Below, in pieces: positions 1 to 10,986 of a stretch of DNA of 64,000 nucleotides (its first letter is position 1; each line of letters opens with the position of its first letter). Origin of the DNA: Euglena gracilis (lineage: Eukaryota); the NCBI GenBank assembly GCA_039621445.1, contig CP154954.1, positions 12,084,716 to 12,148,715 on the forward strand, written 5' to 3'. The notes below the pieces were generated by a model. That model worked only from the letters and a program-made list of their open reading frames with translations, was not told the origin of the DNA and made no database searches. The position numbers were made by a program, and so were the translations under genes.

Positions 1-1182
1 GGGTAGGTCTTCTGGCCCGGCCCTTCTGGGGTTGATAATCGACCAATTCGGACCTGCCACTCCATTGGGGTGAGGGGGTTTTCTACCCTTGTTCGGACGG
101 CCCACACCCACCTGGCCTGATGTCAAACCCGGTTCCCACTCCTGTGTCCAACGATCACCCCCCCCCCTACACAGGGTACGTATTTCCAGTGATCGTTAAC
201 CTCTTGTACCATAATTGGGGGGGAGGGGATGATCTTTCAAACAGCATTTCTATGTCTAACGTTTTGTGTCCTCTGATTGATGTGATCGCTCGACAAGGGA
301 AAGGAACCAGCAAGAAGAAAAATGTTTTGCTGTACCCAAATTTGATGGACAAGGGCATTGCCATCTGCTTTTCATTGTTCAGTTCAGTTCAGTTCAGTGG
401 CCCGATGGACCAGCCACCCCCTGTTTGCAATGCTTGCGGCATGCTGTTGTTATCGAGGAGGTATCTGTTGCATCACCGCCATCTCCTCATTCAGTCATTT
501 TGTTTCTTTAACTTCATATTAGGGGTGGAGTTGGAGGGTTGTCCCAGACGGGTGACGTCTGAGTCTTCAATTTTCAAACACTTTTGGACACGTGGGCAGG
601 CGTCTTCTTGAACACCATGTCATGTGCCCGTCGTTTTCTTCCCAGACGTTTGCGGTGTATTCGGGCCTGGCAGCCCTGCCGCTCAGGGACACCCGATGTC
701 GTGTTGGTAATGTTTCTGGATTGTTGGAAATGACAGCATTCCCAGAATGATCCCACACAAAAAAAGGAAACCACAGCTGGACCCACAACAGCCATGGCAT
801 GAAACCGGAAGCCACAGCACCCCCCACCCTACCTACCACCCCTCCCAAATCCAAACGTAAACCACCCTAAACCTTGGCTTCTAACTAGGAATGTCTTTAT
901 TCACCCCCCCCCACCCATCAGCTGGGTTAGTTCCATATGTGGGTATCGCGATGGTCAGGGTGAGGCATTTATTCGGTGTCCAAAAGTGCCATCTTCTTTG
1001 CAGGGCAATCCATAACCCCCCCCCAAATTACATAAATGTGCTGGGTCAGGATTTTTTTTTCGCTCAAGGACCGCCCTGCTTCTTTGGGTGGGATGCACTT
1101 TTCGTTCGTCACCTTCACTTAAGTGGACACTCCCACGTGAGCCGTTCCGGCCTTGCCTGTCCGAGTTACGGTAGGGGGGCAG

Positions 1183-1990
1183 AGGTTCCTGGCCACATGC
1201 GAGGAGCTTAGCGAGCGGCGGCGATGGGAGCGGGAGGAGGAGGCGGGTCGGTGGCTCCTGTGGCGCGGTGAGCAGGCTTCGGTGTTTGGAAGGGACGGGC
1301 TGGATGCCTATGGGCAGGCGGGGGGGGGGTTGAATTTGATTCCGAGGGATCAGCTCAGGAGGGAGGGATGAGCTTTGGGTGTGTGGGTGGCGCCCGCTTC
1401 AAAACCCTCCTCGGGCTGCCAACCAAAGGACAGCTTATAACCCGCCCCCGCCCCCCAGTGAAGAAATATGAAAGATGCCTGGACGGTTTTTTCCACTGGA
1501 AAACGCCCACATTTTTGGCAATTTTCACGTGATTGACTATTTCCAAAAATGCCATTTTCGACAATTTTTGCCAAAAATTGCCCATTTGGGGGGATTTTGG
1601 TGTCATTTTTTTGGGGGGGGGGTCTGAATCTCACCATTAACTCCTTGACTCACAACCCCCCCCCCCCCATTTATGGACCACCGCTTCAGCTGACCAACTT
1701 AACGTGATCCTGCAAACCTCGGGTGTTCTAAGTCGGGGGGGGTTCACACCGGTGGCCGGCAAATGGTCATTTCAAGCGACGTTTGCCGTGGGTCGGACCC
1801 AGCCAGGACGCAGACCCACCCACCCCCGGTCGCGGTGTGCCGGCGATGAGCCGGGGCCCACGCGCAGAAGGACACCCCACCCCCCGGGGGTTGGAGAAAG
1901 ACGACGCCTGGCGGCAAGGTGCACCTCGTCGCCCACCGCGAGCGCACCGCCGCCGCCATCCGCATCCAGCGGGCCTGGCGGGGCCACGCC

Positions 1991-2031
<41 letters not shown>

Positions 2032-2757
2032 AGGGGGGAAAAATGCGTTTCGCATTTTTCGCATTTTTGCGCATTTTTTGCGCATTTTCCGGATTTTTTG
2101 GAAAATGCACATTTTTGCGCATTTTTTTCGCATTTTTTTGCGCATTTTTTCGATTTTTTCGCGATTTTTTTTTGCATCTTAAGAATTTCCGACTTTTTTC
2201 ACATGTTGCAGTTTCATTTTGGTTTTTTTGATTTTGATTGTATATTATCAAATTGCTCCTTGACCAATGTTGCATTGACGCTGAGTTATGTTGTTTGATT
2301 TGTGCACTGTTCTGCCCCTTTTTGAAAGAATTTTTTTGCGCATTTTTTCTATTTTCCCACCTTTTTTTACACTTTTTGGAGGCATTTTGTCCATATTGAA
2401 GAAAAAAGCTTTGGGTGATGAGGTGTGGGTATTCATCCAATGATAATGAGGACACTAGGGTTTTCAGAGACCCCGCATCGAATCCTACTCCCCTGGTCAC
2501 AAGTAAGAGGCACCATGGCTGACATTGTTGGTTATGGTGAACAGAGAGTGACGCCTTGCTCATGCATTTTTTTTTTTGGCCAAAAATGCCTTCATTTCAG
2601 CTGTTTTTGGTAATTTTGGTTTAATTTTGGGCTCATTGTTGGAAATTTTTCTAAGTCCTTTTTCCCTTAGGAATGTACAAACTCAGCGCATTTTTTTGCG
2701 CATTTTTTTGCGCATTTTTTTTCCGAGGGCCGCCCAGCGCATCCCCCCCCCCTGGTG

Positions 2758-2791
<34 letters not shown>

Positions 2792-5700
2792 TCCCCCCCC
2801 CCCCCGGGTCCCAGGGTGGTTCTGGAGCCAAAGGGGGCCCCAACAGGGTCCAGGCCACACCATCGCTCAACGTGTGTTCGACGCGGGGGAGTTGATTGAT
2901 TTGTTTCGGAGTGACTGCCTGGATTTGGGCTCTGGATTTGGGCCTATTTTCAAAGGAATGTGCCTGGGCACAGGCCGAAATCCGACCCCCCCCCCCCAGG
3001 GGGTAGTTCCTGCCTGGGCAGGCACTCATAGGCACTCCGGACCCCCCCTCCCCCCCCCCGGGGTTGGTAAAAAACAGCCTGCTCTGGACCCCCAGCCAGG
3101 GGGTGGTCAGCCAGGACTGTTCAAGTGGCCATCAAATTGCCACCAAAGGTGACAAATTTTTTGACTTATTGGCCTGAATCTGTCGATTGAAATCTATTGA
3201 AATCTTGAGGTTCTTTTGGACCGAGAAGCCAGGGTGACCGAAGCGAATCGGTGCACACAGATGTCGTTTTGCGTCGTCGTTCTGTGTCCACCGGACCATA
3301 CCATTGCTCAAGGTGTGTACAACCCTACTCCCCAGGGGGGGAATGACTGGTTTTTTCGGAGTCACTGACTGGTTTTTTGGCTCCAGACCCCCCCCCCCCA
3401 GGGGGGTCAGCCAGGAATGGGCGAAAGTGGCCGGAATTTTCTTTGGGGGTTTTTGACCAAAATCCTTTGGTTTTGAGGCATTTTTTTTTGGCGGTCAGAA
3501 CCGACCCCACCGTGGGGGGGGTAGGGGTGGGATGTCACGGGAGGTTGGTCCGTGGGAGGTAGGTGCCGCGGCCGGCCGCGGCCGACTGTTGCCCAACCAA
3601 AACAAGATTTTGGTTGGGCCGCGGCCGGCCACTCTTCCAGACTCCGTTCCCTCCGTCCTCTGCTAGTGAGTGCAGTGTGATGACGTTCTCCGTGGCAGTT
3701 GGTAATTGGCTCCACATAATATCAAAACCATGGCGTATTTGTAAAAAATAAAATGAAAACATTCACTTAAAAGTAAGTCCCTCTGCGTTTTTCTTCAGAG
3801 ACGAAATAATCTGGAGGAAACCTTTCACCTTTCGGGTAATATCTTCTCTTTGGGCCTGTTCCATGAAACCATAGCATTTACAATAGCCTGGGAGCGCGAC
3901 TCGGCCATCCTTGCCTTGCACACACAAGGGGATTTTGTTATTTTGGGCGGGGGGGGGGTCCGGGGGGGGGCAGCCCCCCCCCCCCCCCGGAGGAGGCCGT
4001 AGGCCGACTAAGTTCGCGTTTTGAGTCATTTTCTTTCATATTTGAATAGGGTTAGGGATAGGGTTAGGGTTAGGGTTAGGGTTAGGGTTAGGGTTCGGGT
4101 TCGGGTTAGGGTTAGGGTTAGGGTTAGGGTTAGGGTTAGGGTTAGGGTTAGGGTTAGGGTTAGGGTTAGGGTTAGGGTTAGGGTTAGGGTTAGGGTTAGG
4201 GTTCGGGTCAGGGTTAGGGTTCGGGTTAGGGTTAGGGTTAGGGTTAGGGTTAGGGTTCGGGTTAGGGTTCGGGTCAGGGTTAGAGTTAGGGTTAGGGTTA
4301 GGGTTAGGGTTAGGGTTAGGGTTAGGGTTAGGGTTAGGGTTAGGGTTAGGGTTAGGGTTAGGGTTAGGGTTAGGGTTAGGGTTAGGGTTAGGGTTAGGGT
4401 TAGGGTTAGGGTTAGGGTTCGGGTTAGGGTTCGGGTTAGGGTTAGGGTTAGGGTTAGGGTTAGGGTTCGGGTTAGGGTTCGGGTTAGGGTTAGAGTTAGG
4501 GTTAGGGTTAGGGTTAGGGTTAGGGTTAGGGTTAGGGTTAGGGTTAGGGTTAGGGTTAGGGTTAGGGGTTAGGGATGGGGTTAGGGTTAGGGTTAGGGAT
4601 GGGGTTAGGGGTGGGGTTAGGGTTAGGGTTAGGGTTAGGGTTAGGGTTAGGGTTAGGGTTAGGGCCAAAAGGAATTTATGAGGTTATTTGAAGGAGTAGG
4701 GTTAGGGTTACGATCCTTTTCCAAACAGCAGAATACATCCCGCTCAACGTTGTTAGATTGGTCTCTACAAGGTACCCAGCGAACCCAAAGAGCCGCCCAA
4801 CTAGGGTTAAAAACATGGGGGGACCCGAGCGAGGCGCCGAAGGCGCCGAGCGAGGGTCCCCCCATGTGTATTAACCCTAGTTGGGCGGCTCTTTGGGGTA
4901 GCTGGTACCTTGTAGGGGCCAATTTATCACGCCCCACACCCCCCCCCCCCCACCCCCCCCCCCAAGTTCGCGTTTTGAGTCATTTTCTTTCATATTTGAA
5001 TAGGGTTAGGGTTAGGGATAGGATTAGGGTTAGGGTTAGGGTTAGGGTTAGGGTTAGGGTTAGGGTCAGGGTTAGGGTTAGGGTTAGGGTTCGGGTTCGG
5101 GTTAGGGTTAGGGTTAGGGTTAGGTTTTCGGGTTAGGGTTAGGGATAGGGTTAGGGTTAGGGTTAGGGTTAGGGTTAGGGTTAGGGTCAGGGTTAGAGTT
5201 AGGTTTTAGGGTGCCTCCGTTTTAGTATGGTCTCCCAGTCAGTCGGTCACCCTGAAAGTGCTGCTGGGACAGTCATGGGAGGTTGGGCCGCGGTCGACCG
5301 CGGCCCAACCATTTTTGTGTTTTTGGTTGGGCCGCGGCCGACCGCGGTCGGCCGCGGCCCAACCAAATTTTTAACCAAGGTTGGGCCGCGGTCGACCGCG
5401 GCCCAACCATTTTTGTGTTTTTGACTGGGCCGCGGCCGGCCGCAGCCCAACCAATTTTTTTTTTGGCTGGACCGCGGCCGGCCGCGGCCCAACCAAAAAC
5501 CCGTTTTGGTTGGGCCGCGGCCGACCGCGGCCGGCCGCGGCCCAACCAACGGCCACCCAACCTCATGTGAACATCCACCCGGGGGGGTAGGAAGAGAGTG
5601 ACTGGTTTTTGGAAAGTGACCCACCCCCCCCCCCCCCCAGGGAGTCGGTAAGCAACGGTATGCTCCGGCCGGCGTTGGAGCCCCCCCGCCCCTCCCCTTC

Positions 5701-6264
5701 GCACAGCGCGGACCGCCCTTCGCCGCCGCCGCACCGCCGCCGTCCGCCTCCAGCGCCTCTTCCGCGGCGGCGCCGCCCGCGCCGCCCAGGCGGCCCGCGT
5801 GGCCAGGCACTTATGGCTAAAATGGCCTAAAATGGCCTGAAATGGCCTAAAATGGCCTGAAATGGCCTGAAATGGCCTGAAATGGCCTAAAATGGCCTGA
5901 AATGGCCTAAAATGGCCTGAAATGGCCTGAAATGGCCTGAAATGGCCTAAAATGGCCTGAAATGGCCTGAAATGGCCTGAAATGGCCTGAAATGGCCTGA
6001 AGTGGCCTAAAATGGGCTGAAATGGCCTGAAATGGCCTGAAATGGCCTGAAATGGCCTAAAATGGCCTAAAGTGGCCTAAAATGGCCTAAAATGGCCTAA
6101 AGTGGCCTAAAATGGCCTAAAATGGCCTGAAATGGCCTAAAATGGCCTAAAATGGGGAAATTTTCGGGCTTGACTATAGGTGCCTGCACGTGGCCGCTGC
6201 CGTCCGCCTCCAGTTCGCCGTCCGCCGCCATCTGCGCCGGCAGCCCGCCCTCACCGCCTCCGCT
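1183..6264 (+). CDS. Multi-IQ-motif (calmodulin-binding) protein, partial; exons ~1183-1269, 1916-1991, 5707-5800, 6192-6264
   Basis: The joined exons read in frame ...GRWLLWRG|KVHLVAHRERTAAAIRIQRAWRGHA|ARTALRRRRTAAVRLQRLFRGGAARAAQAARV|AAAVRLQFAVRRHLRR, giving three IQ-like motifs. Introns: 1270-1915 non-conventional, 1992-5706 GT-AG, 5801-6191 non-conventional. The 5' and 3' ends are not resolved. Confidence 0.75.
4047..4663 (+). repeat. Interstitial telomeric (TTAGGG)n array with TTCGGG/TCAGGG/TTAGAG variants
   Basis: About 100 hexamers read directly; lies inside GT-AG intron 1992-5706. Confidence 0.97.
4757..4923. mobile_element. Foldback/MITE-like hairpin between the telomeric arrays
   Basis: CTACAAGGTACC...AAAGAGCCGCCCAACTAGGGTTAA pairs with TTAACCCTAGTTGGGCGGCTCTTT...GGTACCTTGTAG; the centre contains GGCGCCGAAGGCGCC. 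Confidence 0.8.
5001..5211 (+). repeat. Second interstitial (TTAGGG)n array
   Basis: Read directly; preceded by the same 37-bp leader as the first array. Confidence 0.95.
5279..5564. repeat. Element built from palindromic units GGTTGGGCCGCGG(T/C)CG(A/G)CCGCGGCCCAACC
   Basis: Several self-complementary ~30-bp units separated by A/T tracts, with ends GAGGTTGGG/CCCAACCTC. A degenerate copy lies at ~3541-3632. Confidence 0.75.
5804..6186. mobile_element. hAT-like MITE forming non-conventional intron 5801-6191; contains (AAATGGCCTR)n decamer satellite
   Basis: TIR CAGGCACTTATGG/CTATAGGTGCCTG; flanks CGCGTGGC and CACGTGGC match at 7/8. Confidence 0.9.
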
Positions 6265-7079
6265 GTATGCCCTTTGCGTCGCGCTGGTGGAAAGTCACGG
6301 GGAGGGAGGCTTTTGCCAGCAAGTCCCCTCACTCGGCGTGTCTTCTCCTGCGCAGAGGCAATTTCATTTGATGTTGTTGGCAAGTGTGTTTCGCGATCAT
6401 AAAGGAGCTGAATTAATGAAAACCAAAGCATACTGAAGCTTTTCCAAAAATTTTCGGCACTTCGCACCGACAAAATTTCGAATTTTTTTTGCATAGTTGG
6501 CAGTTTTTTGACATTTTTGCAGTTTCGATTTGTTGTCACCCCGTTCGATCCCAGTCAGGACCAGTTCTTGCCTGAAACCCGGGGGGGGGGGGTTAGCCAG
6601 CAGCCTTTTTCCAGCCAGCCCAATAGTTTTCCAGCCTCTGAGCTGGAACCCTGGGGTCCTAAAGCAACTCCCTGGTGGTTGCGCGTTTTTTTAGGCCAAT
6701 TTTCAAACACCTGACCTGAACGGGGTGACTGTTTTTCAGAGTGATTGACTGGTTCCCCCCCCCCCCCCCGAGGACGGGGTGGTGCCGGAAAAGAGCTGCT
6801 AAAGTGACCTGACGCCTAAGGTGCCGGAAAGTTTTGGCTTTTTACAATTTTGGTCAATAAACCCGTGATTTCCAGAGTGGCTGACCACCAGCCAGAGCAA
6901 CTTGCTCTTTACCAGCTTTTACGTTTCGCCTAACTATCATTTCATGTCACCCACCCCCCCCCCTTTATCCACTGTTGCCACGAGCCATCGAACCCTGTTG
7001 TCCGCCTGCAGTCTGACCTGGCGATCTTTTTTTCAACATAGCTGTGTGCGAATCTCACTCATTTGTGTGTTTTTTCTTA

Positions 7080-7580
7080 CCCGCCCCCCCCCCCCCCGGG
7101 CAATTGACGCCCCCGGGCAATTGACGCCCCCGGGCAATTGACGCCCCCGGGCAATTGACGCCCCCGGGCAATTGCCACCCCTGGCTGTGCCGGCCAATTT
7201 GTCACCCCGGGAAATTGTCACCCCCCCTCCATGCTGCCCAATTTGTCACCCCCCCCCACAGAAGATGTTTGTGAACTTTCATTTAGCCGACACGACTAGA
7301 TTGATGCTCTATTTCGCTAGAAATGTCACATACCAAATGCTCTGCACAATATCACAACCCCAGCTGCATTTTTGCGTGTTCACTGGTGTTTCAGATGGTG
7401 TTTTTGGTCATTTGGATTTAATGTGGCTGACATGGGTGGGCAATTGACGCCCCCGGGCAATTGACGCCCCCGGGCAATTGCCACCCCCCTCTGTGCTGGC
7501 CAAATTGTCACCCCGGGAAATTGTCACCCCCCTCCGTGCTGCCCGATTTGTCGCGCGACAATTGCCCGTGGGGGGGCGGG
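7080..7580. mobile_element. TA-flanked MITE with CCCCCGGGCAATTGACG subterminal repeats (Tc1/mariner-like target)
   Basis: TA|CCCGCCCC...CGGGCAATTG and CAATTGCCCG...GGCGGG|TA. A closely similar copy lies at 54583-55052 and a short derivative at 28475-28616. Confidence 0.85.
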
Positions 7581-10500
7581 TACCAGCTCCACATTTAAGG
7601 ATGCTTGTTTGTTTGATTTTTGCAGGTGGCCCGCCGCTCACCTTTCTTTGTCCGAAGGCATCCACTCTCTCCATCCACCTGCCTGCCTTTCCATTGTTCA
7701 CATTCCTCCATAGGCATCGTATGTTTGTAACTCCACCCCCTACAACAGCAGTGAAAAAAATAAGCTCCAATAACCCAGAAAACGAAAACCGAAAGAGACA
7801 AGGGACTACAATGATTCTTGCCAAGTCGCAGTGCCATCCGCTATGCTCCGTATGTTCCAAAAGTGGGTCTCGTATTATTTTAAAACTCAGTTGAAACAGG
7901 AACTTGTCCTCTGCGCCATCACCAGTTATGGAGTGGGATATTCCGGAAGCTTCTGTTTTCTGAAGTTTCAGTGAAACCTCGCTGGTGCAGGCTGGTGCAG
8001 TTGTCTGCCCGTGGCCAAGCAGGTTCTCCAATGTCAGAGAGGAGGTACGGTTTATGTTTGCCTGTTCCCCCCGCCTGTGTGCATAGTCGCCCAGGCACTG
8101 GTTTCTGTCACCGTCCTGTGTCAGCTTCTTTTTAACTCAGAAGACCCCTCCATGTGGGGTGAGTGGGCGGGTCCAGGGCCGGAGCCCCCCCCCCCGGGTC
8201 CCAGCACAGAGGCCCCGGTATGGGTTTTGGTGCGATGCAACAAACATTTTTTTGGGAAATGCCCTCGGACGGCCCGAATTTTGGGCGTTTCCCCCGCCGG
8301 TTCCGCGCCAGACTGGGTGGGTGGGTGGGAGGAACCCCCTCGGGGGTGTTAAAAAGAAACCTGGTTCGCCCCCCCCGGGGGGGGGCATTTTCGAACCACA
8401 CCAACCACACAAGGTGAGTGTATGTCCCTACAGCGCTGGAATTACACCAGAGTTACTCACCCGGCCAGGGGGAGCAACAAAGGAGGACTGGTGTAAGGGG
8501 TCCCTGGCCACTCACCACGCAGCAAACTGGGCCAGAAGCGAAGTTAGCGCCGGCCATAAACAGACAAGAAGCCTTAGTGCAACTAAGGGGGGGGGCATTT
8601 TCGACCCCGCCCCCAGGGGTCGGGTTTTGGGGCATTTTCGACCCCGCCCCCAGGGGTCGGGTTTTGGGGTGGGTTTTATTTCAGAATTCCCTCTGATAAA
8701 GGCGTTGTGGGCCCGAAAAATGGTTATTTTCCAGGGAAAATTGGCTTGGCAAGCAGATGCCAGGACCCAAAATTGACCCCCCCTCGGGGGTGTGCCTGCT
8801 GTGTGCAGGCACCCCATAGCACAAGGCAAGTGAGGCATATCGACCCCCCAACCCTAAAAGAGTATGGAGCAGGGGTTACCCGAGGGGAGCCGTCCGCACC
8901 TTTTTCCAGCCAGCACCTCCCAGCCACGCTTGCCCCCCCCGAGGTCCGTGAAATAAAGTTCGGGCTGGCCCGAAGATCCAAATGAAAATTTTCGGCGCGA
9001 AGGGTCAAAAAATGGCCAAAGAATGGCATTTTTGGGGGGTGGTTTTTGGGTTTTTCACCCCAAACTTTGGGTGGAAAAATGCCAGCCCAGCTGGCTTTTG
9101 GCTTTTTTGGGCATTTTTTTTGGGTACCTGCTGGGTCGAGCTCCCAGCCAGCTGGACCCCCCCCTGAACCGCCCACTCAACCAGCACCTTTTTCCTGCCG
9201 GCCCGTGGGACACCCCTCCGGGTCCTTAAGAAAACCCCTGGTAGTGATTCCGAGGGCTGCCAACCCCTCCTTGTCTTTCCGCAGCATTCCGGACTGCACG
9301 CTGTGCTCCCTGTCGCGGTCGTACCCGCTGCCCGCGTCTGGCGCTGCCGCGGCAGGCGGCTCTTCCCCCGTCATTCACGCGGATGGGTCCCGGGGCTTTC
9401 CAGCACAGGTGCCCATCTGTGCACTTTGTGCCAGACAGCGGTTTGGATTTGGGCTCGCCGATCCGGATTAATATGCGATTGGCTGACCAGTGTGTGATGT
9501 GGTTGATTGGTTAGATTGATTGTTTGTTCAAAACTGTAATGTCTGCTTGCATTTTGTAGTCCCGCGTCTTTCTATTGGGCCACTGACAATCCAGCCCTGC
9601 CAAGAAAAGCACTTTACCAGACATGCTTTTTGAATTAATTTTCTGGCCCTGGTCGTTTGTTTTTGCATACAGGCCCAACCCACATTCTGTGGCAACCACT
9701 ATTACCACCGGAAGGGCGTCCGCACACCAAGTATGCCCATCCTGTACGTTGGACTTTCAGACGTTGGTGTTCTTCATTCAGTGAACTTGACTTCTTCTAT
9801 ATGCAAAATTTTGTATCCATTTGTGTTTTTTCACCAAATAGGGGTCTTTGCTAGCTCAGGTTGGTTGGCAATTGTCCTCAAATTCAAGGTCTTGTCTATT
9901 AAATGTCGTTCTTGTCTCATGTAATCACGCATTTTTGCATTGATTTCCGGCATCCAGGCACCCACTATTAGGTAAACGCCCGAATCACGATTCCTTTGTT
10001 TTAAATGATTACACACTTACAATCATCATTTTTTTGTCAGGTGGGGGGTGGTCACTGGTTTAAATCTATTCCTCTGGCAAATAGAAGCATTTTGCCTCGT
10101 TCCCTGCAAGCACATTGTGCAGGGATAGAATGAAATTAATCACGTGTCTTTTCGAAGGTTTTCTTTGCGGCCAGGTAGAGAGAGCTCCAGGAGAATCTCA
10201 GCAGTGCCTTTTCTTTTCTAGTCCAGTCTGCATCGTTGGTTATCTCTCCCAGGCAAGCAACTGGCTCCGTTGCCGCGTACACCACCAAGCCCTGAGAATA
10301 GCCTCTTCCAGAGTCTTGCTCATGGCAATTTCTTGTTGATTTGTTCAGAAATTACGCCCCCCCCCCCTGCTGCAGCTCTTTTTCTTGTCGTTCCTGTTGA
10401 AGGCTTATCTTTGACGTTCTGTTTGCTAGGAGCAATAATGCCAGGTAATTTTCACATTGTCACCGGACTACCTGGACATTTATGACCCCCCCTTATGGAC

Positions 10501-10902
10501 AAATGTGTGGTGTATTTTTTTTATTTTCTTCAATTAGAACCCCCCGATGGCTGGAATTGCAGAAGCAGAAGTATTTATTATTTTATTAAGTATATAATAT
10601 ATATATATATATATTATATTTTATATATAATATATATATAAATATTACATATATATTATATTTACATAATATATATATATATTATATTTATATATAAATA
10701 TTATTATGGATATCTTTATATAATATATTATATATAATTTAATATATGTCATTTTTCTTTACTTTATTTTATTTATTTTAGGGTTTTCTCAGGAGTGGGG
10801 TGGTGTGGGGGGCCTCCCCTCCCCACCTCCCCCCCCCCCCCAATCCCCCCCCCAGGGGCCCCCAGGGCACTCCCTGGCCGGACCTCTGGCCCCGCCCTCC
10901 AG

Positions 10903-10986
10903 TCCGGCTCCGAACCATGGGTGGACCTCATCAACCGACCCCTGCCCCGCCGCTCCCTGGAGAGCCTCCCCCGGCCCCCGTACTGA
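10903..10986 (+). CDS. Probable terminal coding exon (SGSEPWVDLINRPLPRRSLESLPRPPY*), possibly of the IQ gene
   Basis: Pyrimidine-rich CAG acceptor at 10900-10902, GC3-rich codons and TGA stop. Linkage to the upstream gene is not shown. Confidence 0.35.
   Translation, partial: SGSEPWVDLINRPLPRRSLESLPRPPY

Noticed and set aside
2853-3322. Two similar 30-bp segments (HTIAQRV / HTIAQGV) as duplicated exons
   Set aside because: The IQ gene joins cleanly from 1991 to 5707 without them; they are more likely a repeat remnant.
4021-4668. ORFs encoding (RV)n and (NP)n
   Set aside because: Translations of telomeric repeat.
4047-5211. True chromosome end
   Set aside because: Unique sequence continues on both sides, and the flanking exons join in frame across the arrays.
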